Of a DNA stretch of 63,465 bases, positions 37,670 to 47,900 are shown in pieces (the stretch's first letter is position 1; each line of letters begins with the position of its first letter). Origin of the DNA: Catajapyx aquilonaris. Taxonomy: Eukaryota. The notes beneath the pieces were generated by a model that ran no database searches, was not told the DNA's origin, and saw nothing but the letters and a program-made list of their open reading frames with translations. Position numbers and translations under genes: made by a program. The stretch covers positions 1 to 63,465 of the forward strand of contig JYFJ02002090.1 of assembly GCA_000934665.2 (NCBI GenBank). Reading direction: 5' to 3'.

Positions 37670-37965
37670 CGAGGTGTGATCAAAAAGTTCCTGGACTGTC
37701 GATATACCGTGAAATCCAGTGGAGGTACGAACTTGTGACGTTAGGGGCCGCTAGGTACACCTTTCATCTATTAGTCTGAAAAATTTCGTCTTCATAGGCA
37801 CATGTTTTCGAGTTTCAGCAGTTTTCTTGACACCGTGTTCTTGTGCTTCTGCGATTTTTCGAAATTGCTTATGTTAGGGAGCAAAAAATTTGTAAATTTT
37901 GCTTCCAGCTCAACAAAACTTCGGATGCAACCAACCGAATGCTGAACAAGGCTTTTGATGAACAA
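37670..37965 (+). mobile_element. 5' fragment of a degenerate mariner element
   Basis: TA|CGAGGTGTGATCAAAAAGT resembles the TIR at 15699; downstream KFCFQLNKTSDATNRMLNKAFDE resembles a mariner transposase N-terminus. Confidence 0.65.
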
Positions 37966-38039
37966 AAAGAAAAATATCTGGAGCATTGGTCAGTCACTCG
38001 CAGAAATTTTCGCAGTTGGTAAGAGGCGGTAAGAGGGGC

Positions 38040-38400
38040 AAGGGCCGAGGCAATTTGGAGAGTGAAAATATGATCAAGACACCCACTACCTTGTCGGAAA
38101 GCAGCCTGCCAGTCTGGTATCACATTCTTCTTTTCGGTCCAAATTTGAATTCTATGTAGGAGGATTGATGTGCATAATTTAAAGGTGTTATTAGTCTATG
38201 GAACGTATGTGCAAGGTGGCTTACTTTCTGTAAGAATTTGCAGCATTTCATCAGCTTTACATTTTTTATGTCCGGGTAAAAACCTAAACCTCATGGTCTG
38301 ATAAGACTCTGGCAAAGAAGATAACTCATTTTGGGAGCTGTTGATAAAATATATGCATTTCCTCACTTGAATCGGGCAAGACAATGATTAGGGAAATGTC
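38040..38400 (-). mobile_element. LINE reverse-transcriptase fragment
   Basis: IPDWQAAFRQGSGCLDHIFTL matches the non-LTR RT motif Q.GFR.G.SC.D.IF.L; extent approximate. Confidence 0.6.
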
Positions 38401-38696
38401 ACCCCATATTGACTGTTGCCTTTTGCTCTATTTATCCATATACTATTACTGAATAAAATGTGCAGTTGTAAGAAAATGTTTCATGTAGGACCCGTTCCAG
38501 GTTGAAGAAATTTCCGTGAGCCAGCACTGTCGTGGAAGATGGGATATGCCTTTCCCTGGGCTATGATCGAGCAACCAGTTTGTCACACGGTTCTGCATCT
38601 CGGCGTCTGATGCAAACCTTTGATACGCTTTGACCTTTCAGGTATTTCTTGAGGGGGCCGATTATTATTATTACATGCAATTTACTTCAGATATTC

Positions 38697-38995
38697 AACC
38701 GAAGCAGGTTGGCATAGTGGATAAGGCGTCCGACTGCTAATCGGGAGGTCCTGGGTTCGAATCCTGGGGCCGGCAACTCTGACCGTGGTTTTCTGTGGTT
38801 TCCCACGGTCCTTCCAGGGAAATTCCGGAGTTGCTTCCGTAATTAATAGGCCACAGCCGCTTCCTTCCATCCCTATCCTATCCCAATGAGCATAGTAAAA
38901 TGAAAGCAAAGAGTTCCAGCCAAAACAAACTTCCCCCCTAAAGAGCCGATGGCTGATATAAACGCGGTATGAATTAATTAATTTATTTATTTATT
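38697..38995 (+). mobile_element. Full-length tRNA-derived SINE (family 2) with 17-bp TSD
   Basis: A box TGGCATAGTGG, GACTGCTAATC loop, B box GGTTCGAATCC, (ATTT)n tail; ATTTACTTCAGATATTC at 38680-38696 and 38996-39012. Confidence 0.88.
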
Positions 38996-39119
38996 ATTTA
39001 CTTCAGATATTCCTGTGTGAATTCCATTTTAACGATTTATTTGAAATAATTTTATACAGGAAATTGACACTTACAGCTAATATATAAGCTGCTGTTTTAG
39101 TAGCTGCTTACTGAATATA

Positions 39120-39705
39120 AGGGACACCATAATTGAAATCGCGGTATCTTTGAAACCGAAGCAGCACAAATGGCCATAGCACCAATGAGAGCAAACGGGG
39201 CACAAACGATTGGCCTAGTTGAAATTTTGAAATTCGCTAAACTAGTGCTGTGGTGACCAGAGTTAACTATTGGCCCCAACACAATATTGACGTCGCTGTA
39301 TCTCAAGAACGGTTGCAGCACAAACGCCCATCTTCGGGCACAAATCAGCACAAACGAAGCACAAACGATTCCCACCGTTGAAATCTTGAAATTCGCTTTA
39401 TTTCAAAAGCGTTATTTTGGCCCAACCAAATTAAAAGTGCTGCAGCGTTGAAACCAAGCCAGCACAAACGCCCATATTCTAGCACAAATCAGCACAAACG
39501 TAGCACAAACGATTGGCACCGTTGAAATTTCGAAATTCGAAAGTGGTTGGGCTACCGTTAAACTGGCCCAACCAAATTAAAAGTGCTGCAGCGTTGAAAC
39601 CAAGCCAGCACAAACGCCCATATTCTAGCACAAATCAGCACAAACGTAGCACAAACGATTCCCCTTGTTCATATTTCGAAATTCGAAAGTGGTTGTGCCA
39701 GTTTA
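39120..39705. repeat. Tandem repeat, ~146-150 bp unit, 4 copies
   Basis: Units start ~39121, 39272, 39419, 39565; the last two are near-identical; internal AGCACAAA sub-repeats. Confidence 0.85.
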
Positions 39706-40367
39706 ACGGACATTTGGCTTTTGGAGTTCCATACCTGCGCCCTGCTCCATTGTTGCCGACATCTCCGCGGGACGTTCTCCTGCCTGGCTCTTAATTTATG
39801 TTTTCAGCAACAACTCATGGATGTGTATACACTACGCATATGATTTATGAGATGATAGACCCACCAATTTGTCCAATATTTGTATAAATTACTTCAAAAA
39901 TTGAATTTTCATGTTCCCGCATTTTTGCCACAACTGTCATGGCCGCCAACAGAACATTAGAACATAATTTTTTAAAGCCACATTAATATCCACATCATCT
40001 CTTGAATATGAATAGTTGCATCGATAATTAGATAGTTAATTAATAAATAAGTTAATAATTATAATGTTCTCTTGGCATCATTGGCAGCGGCTGTTTGGAA
40101 TTCAAGATGGCCGCCATCACGAAGAGGGAATTTCCAAGCTAATTAGTGTTGATTAGACGTGTGATTACACTGGGAGGAGTGCAGGTAACTACAGTTGGGC
40201 TGCAGGACATGCTCTGTACACTCACAGAGAGTAAGTGGGGGCTCAGTTGAGAAATTATAGAAGTAGGCCTCTGTTTAACTTAACATGTCATGAGGAACGT
40301 TCCTTCCAAATGCAGCTTATCCACTATTTGGGATTAGCCTTGACCTGATTAGGTGACCTGCAGGGCC

Positions 40368-41351
40368 ATGCCATTGTTGGAAGTGAAGAGGGAACCTGAG
40401 GAAGAAGATGGGAGCGTGTCGGTGGAGGAGACCCTGCAGTTAACAATGAAGGAGGAGACCTCTTCATGCTTCGATGGTGAGGATTCCACTCCACAAGAGG
40501 ACACTCCGGGTGAGATCAAGCAGGAGGCAGCCGAAGAGGAGGAAGAGATGGTGGCGGACACATCCAGTGCGGCTGAAGAAGATGACCCATTGGAAAAAAA
40601 TACATTCGAGTGCAGTAAATGCCAGAGATTATTTGGCACTCTGCATGAATTGGAAATCCACATGTTAACTCTTAGTGAAAATAATTGTTGCCATATTTGC
40701 CAGAAGAAATTGTTCAGTGGAAGTAGTTTGAAAAATCATGTGCGAATTCATACTGGCGATAGACCATATTATCGTTGTGAGTTGTGTCCGAAAATGTATC
40801 GTCAGTCAGCTAGTTTGAAAGCTCACGTGCAAAGTCATACGGGAGAGAGTTCATTTCAGTGTGACGTGTGCTGGAAAAAGTTTAGTCAATCGAGATGTTT
40901 GAAAACGCATTTGCTGATTCATACGGGAGAGAGACCGTTTAAATGTGAGGTCTGCCAGAACAAATTTCTTAATTCAAGTAGTTTGAAAAAACACATGCTA
41001 GTTCATACCGGAGAAAAACCATTCGTGTGTGACGTGTGCCAGAAAAGATTTAGTGAGTCAGGTAGTTTGAAAGCTCACTTGCGAATTCATACGGGAGAAA
41101 AACCATACGTTTGTGAGGTGTGCCAGAAGAAATTTTGTCAATCAAGTAGTTTGAAAACACACATGCGAAGTCATACGGGAGAGAGACCATTTAATTGTGA
41201 GATGTGCCGGAAAGCATTTCGTCATGCGAATGGTTTGAAAGTTCACATGCAAAGTCATACGGGAGATAAACCGTTTCAATGTGACCTATGCCAGAAAACA
41301 TTTCGTGATTCATATGCTTTGAAAGTTCACATGCGAATTCATACAGGATAG
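40368..41351 (+). CDS. C2H2 zinc-finger protein, 327 aa (acidic N-terminus, 1 degenerate + 8 complete fingers)
   Basis: GCCATG at 40368 after a CTGCAG acceptor; tandem CxxC-x12-HxxxH with TGE(K/R)P linkers; VKRE/MKEE/IKQE SUMO-consensus motifs; probable non-coding exon ending CAG|GTAACT ~40184. Confidence 0.9.
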   Translation: MPLLEVKREPEEEDGSVSVEETLQLTMKEETSSCFDGEDSTPQEDTPGEIKQEAAEEEEEMVADTSSAAEEDDPLEKNTFECSKCQRLFGTLHELEIHMLTLSENNCCHICQKKLFSGSSLKNHVRIHTGDRPYYRCELCPKMYRQSASLKAHVQSHTGESSFQCDVCWKKFSQSRCLKTHLLIHTGERPFKCEVCQNKFLNSSSLKKHMLVHTGEKPFVCDVCQKRFSESGSLKAHLRIHTGEKPYVCEVCQKKFCQSSSLKTHMRSHTGERPFNCEMCRKAFRHANGLKVHMQSHTGDKPFQCDLCQKTFRDSYALKVHMRIHTG

Positions 41352-41895
41352 AAACCATATCAGTGTGCAGATTGCCCTGAAAAATTTAGTCAATTAATTA
41401 GTTTGAAATGGCACATGGGATATCATAAAGGAGAGAGACCATTTCACTGTAAAATGTGCCCAGAAAATTTTTCCAGTCCAAGTAATTTGATAATGCACAT
41501 CTGAAGTCATACTGGACAGTGACCATTTATTTTTGAGTGTGGCGTAAATTATTTCGCAATTCACACCATTAGCACACTGGTGTGTTATTATGTACTATGG
41601 GTATGCATAAGTTGCAATATTTGCAGTTTTAGTAATTCATTGTGAAAAGGCGGAGTCAATTTTTTAATACTCATGCTGTGAGAGGCATTAATTTGTCATT
41701 CTGGAGGTGTACATGTTTGTACCGTACGACTATAAACCGTCTCTCTGATATCCATTCTATATTTTCCCCTTAGAAGTTTAGTGTAGTCTAATAAAATCTG
41801 CGTAACAATTTTTTAAACAAATGCATTATTATTAGATGAGTTTTCTGCAAAAAAATAATTGTGTGCATTGTATGCGTGGATCAAGTGTAGACTTA

Positions 41896-42368
41896 GGGGG
41901 TGTTTTTGGTCCCTCTCCAGGAAGCTGGGGAGGGGGCGTGGGCTCTACCCAAGCATTTTTGGTGCCTCTCCAGAAAGTTGGAGAGGGGGGAAAAGGGGGG
42001 TGAAATGGGCGGAGCTCTCCACAAATTCCCAGAAAGTGTCTTCTCTCCTCGGAGGTGGAAGAGGCTTTCTGGAGAGGGGGGTGGAGCGGAGGGCGGGCGG
42101 GAAGCGGGAGGCCCAGGCAAGGAGGTTTAAGAATTAAACCTCACCAAGGAATTGGTTGCAGAATAATTAAACGTTTAAACCTCCTTGGGGCCAGGGTCCT
42201 CGCCTCGCTCTCTTCTCAGCTGTTTTGAGTGTTTTCTCCCCTAGCTACACCGTTCCACCCATTTTTTGGTTTAATAGTGGAGAGGGGGGATGTGGGGGCT
42301 ATTCCGGAAGTCCAGCCCTCTTCCACCTCTCCTCTCCATCTTCCTGGAGAGGGACCAAAAACACCCCC
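41896..42368. mobile_element. Harbinger/Tourist-type MITE
   Basis: TTA|GGGGGTGTTTTTGGTCCCTCTCCAGGAAG ... CTTCCTGGAGAGGGACCAAAAACACCCCC|TTA. Confidence 0.88.
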
Positions 42369-42371
42369 TTA

Positions 42372-42495
42372 TTGGTTCCAGCAAGAGCTCTTGCCCTGGC
42401 AAAGTCTTCACCAATATGAATTTCCGATCCCTTCAGTTGACGTGCGTTTAGGAGTATGGCGTTTTTGTCCTTATAACGCAGGAAGACCGTTTCAC
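42372..42495 (-). mobile_element. LINE ORF1-like fragment abutting the MITE
   Basis: VFLRYKDKNAILLNARQLKGSEIHIGEDF resembles the C-terminal part of non-LTR ORF1 proteins. Confidence 0.55.
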
Positions 42496-42843
42496 CTTCA
42501 CCAGACAATGCAACGCACCTCCCACCATGTGCCTCCCACCCCCGCCCGCCCGCCTCCCGAGACCCGGACCGGGCGGCCATGGGACCATGCGGCCAAGGGA
42601 CCGCGACCGTTACCGATGATCACCGTGTTGTGGATTTCGAAATGTCCCAAATAAACAACCACGGTAACCTGGCAGCGCCCAGGATCGCCAACACATAAAC
42701 ACAGAAAAACATAAACAGTTATGACAATATTTTTGCGTGTCATTACAACACACACGCACATGAGCGACAGGCTCTATCATTCTATACGTTGTTTATTGAT
42801 TTCCCATTATTGTATATGACAATGACGGGTCATACGCTTAGAC

Positions 42844-43172
42844 CAGTGGTTCCCAACCTGGGGGGCGTGAGAGGATTTCAGGAGGGCGTGAGGCCATGAG
42901 AAATACGTAAAATAATGTAACAGGTTTCCGCTTGGCGCTGCTGGAAATATGAAGGGACCGACTTTTCTCCTTGCTTGTATCCGATGTGCTTACAGTGTAG
43001 GAATATTCCACTGTACTTTGTCAGCTACATTCGCCTAAACTTTGTGATCTTGAACCCAAAAAAATTTCGCCTGCGGCTGGCTTCTTGGCCCTTCTGTTGT
43101 TGCCCCTATTNGGGGCGTGAGTGTGGTGAAAACGCAAAGGGGGCATCATGACGAAAAGCTTGGGAACCACTG
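42844..43172. mobile_element. hAT (Charlie-like) MITE
   Basis: CAGTGGTTCCCAA ... TTGGGAACCACTG; flanking 8-mers GCTTAGAC/GCTAAGGT match only partly. Confidence 0.7.
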
Positions 43173-44921
43173 GCTAAGGTCATACGGGCAGCTTGTATCT
43201 GAATTGGCTCCCCTTGTCGGCGGTGGGGGGATTGGCAACCCTTGTCGGCGGCGCTGTTGCTGCCTTTCCCCCTCCGATCGGCAGACCTGGTTTCGGGGTT
43301 AGTGGGGGGGGTTCTTGTGTTTCCACCATATGTGCCATGAAAACTGCCCAAATAACTCCAAAATCAGTCGGCACGGAGATCAGCGGGGGGGTTACGCATT
43401 CCAAGCAAAACTTAATGAATCAATCCTATAAATCTTGTATTAGTATGCCCTAATATTCAGCAGAAGAGCAGATGATCTGATGATGTCTAGTAACATTTTT
43501 GGCCCAAAACCGGCCCAAAAGAAGAAAAATTGGTTGTGAACCACAGCCTTTTATCATAACTCTAAATCTACAAGGAGATCTCTCAGGAGAAATAAAGTCA
43601 CTGCAAGGAATTGCCTTGGCGTGCTGGAGGAAGTGGTTACACACACTTTGCCCTTGATTACGCCACAGCATATGGGAATGGTGCTTGATAAATGTATTAG
43701 GCCTATGTAATGAAAAAATCAGGGCACATAAAATGCATCCTTGACATGTATACATTGTACTCGCATTACAAGCCAACACTTTTCTGGCAGTGACCATCGA
43801 ATATTCAGCTATCAAGAAACATGTACTAAATTCCCCCACTTCATCTTCTATTCTAAACTCAAGCTGTAATGAAAAATGTCACCACGTGGGCTTTCTCTCT
43901 TCCAGATACACCTGTGTTGATACACTGGGTGCATTGCCGATCAATCAAAATTTACTACTTGCTCACCAAATTACAAAACTCACATCAATTTTACTGACAC
44001 TTTGACAACAGGGAGTTAAAATAATTACTATAATCACAGGAATTGTAAGAAGATCATCAGGTATTAATAAGCCTCAAGCTGCAATTACATAATCAGATAA
44101 ATGAGGAAATATCCCTAAGGAATGAAACAGAGGAATAAGTTTTTGTTCTCATGATAATCAGTTTACTGGTGATCTCACATTATTATAACGGACACTGATT
44201 TCCAAAGCGTCAACAAGTACTTGACTTTTACAAAGTTCTGTTTCCTTTGCAAAGTTACAATTACGTGAAAATGAGGCACTGGTTAGTTTCAAAGGCAGCA
44301 ATTTCACACTAAAACCTGCAATATCCATTCACACAACCATACTCCATTGCAAATAGCTGGCTTCACCTATTTAAAAAGAAACAAAAAAAAAACTGTTTGC
44401 TGCTGAATTTCATCTTATGCTAAGTCATGGGATCAAACTGTGCCATGTAAGTCACTGCATATTCATCCAAACGTTCAAGTACATTGTTACCCCTAAGAAC
44501 TACCTTATCACAGTATAATGCTTGTTCCTCCTTGAGAAAGTCACACTACTAAATTGTTACTCTTTTTTTCTGCTTGAACATCAAGAAGCGTCAAGCTTAA
44601 CAATAAATGGTCATCTACGGGACAGACTCGTGGTCTGAAAGTGCATAGCAAATGGCACTCAAATTGTATCCTTCTGAGGAACTTGACCTCTGCAAATCTA
44701 AGACACATTATTTCCAAATGTGCTCATCATGTCCAACCAGAAGTGCAGCACCAAAAAAGAAAAAAAAAAAAGACAAAAGCCATGGAGGCCAATCTCTATG
44801 AACATCAAGAGAAGTAGGGGTCCAAGTATCCCATGGCATTGTCACTTGACTGGTTTTCCCATCACTCACACACACACAATAACTTAAGAGAGTAGTGGCC
44901 AGCAATTAGACAGCTTTTCTT

Positions 44922-47900
44922 TCATCTTCTGAGGCTGGCGTCGAAGTGCGAGATGGCTGCCAGAAGACATGCTGCAAGCAGCCAGCATGAGGATGCGGCG
45001 GTGACAAAGGCACTGTTGTTCTCGGAATGGTCGCTTCCAGAGTGGGCCTCGGGTGGGGGCCTTTGGGCCCTTGTGAAATCAGGATCTCCATTCTGATGGT
45101 TCCCTATTCATGGCGACGCAGGAGAAGGGGGACGAAAATGGGAAAGTGCTTTACAGGTCGCCCACAGAATTTCGGAGATGGAAGATCCAGCAAGCGAGTG
45201 AAACGCAAAAGTAAAAGTAACCAAGCCCAAAGCAAAAGGAGGTAAGCCATGCAATTGGAAGTGGTCAGCAGGAATAATATTGAACCCTTGAGCTTCTCTC
45301 TGCAGGAATGTTACTAGAGCCAGCAAGGAAGCATGAATATTGAAGCTTGAGAAGACAGGTTTGCCAGATGTGTGTGATGCTGACTTGTGAGTTTCGGTAC
45401 TGGAGTGACTATATACGTAGAAGCATGCAATATAGACACACGACTGGATGGAGCTTCATCAAGGGGCTAAACTCATGTGTGGTGAGTGACTGAGGTCTGT
45501 TGAGGAGTCTCTGTCTCTGTTTTCATACATTCCAAGAGTGAGGTTGGCGTCACTGATACTGTTCCCATCACTCTCGAGGCTGGTTCCTGGCTGCGTAGTC
45601 TGCAACCGACAATGGGAACACGCCTCAGACCCACAACTCAAGTCCTTGTGTGTGATAAACATTATTCGTCTACTCTCTACTCATTGGGTCTAATCCTATG
45701 AGGCCACAATCAAGAAAGAGGTACAGGGCAGACTCAAGGAGTTTTTGTTTCTGATAGGTTTCCCCTGTGTTGTCTTTCAGCAAGTTTAAATTTTTCATGT
45801 CTAACCCACCCCAACATATGAGTAGTTTGCTTGCTCATTTTTATGGGTTGTAAAGTGAAGGAAGGAAGATTCAGTTCGTGTCATTGATTTGTTAAGAATT
45901 TAGTAATCAAGCATAGGTTATTTCAAAAGGACGCCTAAAAATAACATGTTCAAGGTTATTTTTGTTAGCAGTTTTAAATAAGCAGCATGTTGGCACAATG
46001 CATTGTGATTAGGGCGCTAAACTAAAAACACATTGTTAAAAACTTCACACTTCAAAAAAGCAAGCGAACGAAACTCACAGAAAGAGAATGGCCAGCCAAA
46101 AATACCTGCGTCCATTATAGAGTCGTCCACGTCATCCTCCATCTGTTGGCCATGGTGCTTCTCCTCCATGTTGCCGCTCTTTGCAAGACCAGAAGATATA
46201 CTCCTACATCCAAACCACCAGTATCCAGCAGGTCGGGGGAATGCAGGGTTTGCTTCCTCAACCTGGAATAACACCCGAACCGTTAGTCTCATTTGGGTGG
46301 TGATCAAAATATTGGCTCCTTATCCTAAAATCTGCAGGCACTTACAGCAAAGTTCCTGTCATTGAATCGCCAGTATTTCCCACCCTTGAAGAAGTACGTG
46401 TATCCATTGGAGTATTGCAGTGCATCGTCAATATTGTTGGGGATGCCTTCCCAGTTCTTAATCTCCTTTGGATAGGTGCTCTTCACAGGTGGACGCTGGG
46501 TTGGGTCAAACCTCCAGAACTTTGATCCTGGCAAGCAACAAATACATTATTCATTGGGTGTATGTTATGCAACATGCAATAATTCTGGGCTGCGTAAATA
46601 AGCTGATTAATCAAAATCCTTCAGTCGAAATTCAGCTAACCTTTGAAAAAGTAAATCTTTCCATTTCCACTCCACACAAAAGCAGCATCAACATTGTCAG
46701 GTATCCCAGCAAATCCTTGGTGAATGGACTTTGGATACCCACTGTCCATCTTCATGTTCGTGAACCTCCAGTACTGAGACCCCTGTAAAAAGTTTCAGTT
46801 ACAACGCTGCTACCCCGACACATCACACCGGGTACTTACTTTGAAGAAGTAGGTACGGCCTTGTGACCAGCTGAAGGCGGCATCCAAGCTTCCAGGCAGT
46901 CCTGGAAACCGACTCGATATGAGCTGAGGATATCCTGCTGCAATGCCTTCCTCTGTGAGTTTCCAGAAATTGTTCCCTTTGAATGCATAGGTCTGCCCAT
47001 CACTCCCAACAGTCATAGCATCAATGGTGGCATCATTGCAGAGCTCGCTGTCTTCATCTGGCAGCTTCGGAGGTTTGGTGGTGGTCGTTGCCTGTCCACC
47101 AGACGGTCGCTTGGTAGACACCCCTGAGCTTCTCTTACCATACAGGCTCTGTATCCCTTTGACATCATCCTCATCGAGGACAAAGTTAGGTTCGTATCCC
47201 CGGTAGAACGGAGCCATTAGAGCTGAACGAACATCCGAATGGGACAGTCCCAAGGAGTGCCCAAACTCATGTGCTGCCACTTGGAAGAGGTTGGTGCCCC
47301 GGTAGGTATTGATACTCCATGACTCAGAATCATCAAAATGGGCATCACCTCCATACACAGGGAAGTAAGCATGGGCCAAGGTGCCTCCAGGTCCATCAAA
47401 GGGGTCGCCATCGCCATGCTCACCCTTCTCAAATCTAATTTCGATATGGACCCGACCAGACTTGCGAGGAACAAACTTGAGATCTGTGTATGTTGACCAC
47501 ACGTCGAAAGCCTTCTGTACTTCCACGTCCACATCTTTGTCCACAAGCCTTGCAGGGTACTTTGAGATCTTGTAGGTCAGCTCCTTTACTCGCCAGCGGG
47601 AACCTACAAACAATAAAATGATGAGTCACAAATTCCAGCCATACAATTTATGTGATATATGGATTATGCATAGCTGGGCTGGCACATCCACTCCAGGCTA
47701 TTTAAAGGTACCGAACAATGCCCCATGCCATTTATGGTGAAAGTAATGGAACTACAGGCATCATTTTAAAGCAACCCCCAAGTGTGACTCCGCAGGAGCT
47801 CAGGGAGCTACACTGTGCATCTGAGTGCACAAATTACCATAACGGCACCTGATATACAGCGAGTTGATTCAAACATATTCTTGCCTGTCACATCTCATTT

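Noticed and set aside
38700..38775. Functional tRNA genes (also at ~33720-33790 and ~63330-63404)
   Set aside because: Weak acceptor stems, and each continues into a SINE body with tail or TSD.
39120..39705. CRISPR-like array
   Set aside because: Eukaryotic context; whole units repeat with no unique spacers.
46017..46105. Mmp1 C-terminus by read-through of the exon (GIFGWPFSF...)
   Set aside because: Good donor CAG|GTATTT at 46106 and two phase-compatible downstream exons; retention cannot be excluded but is unsupported.
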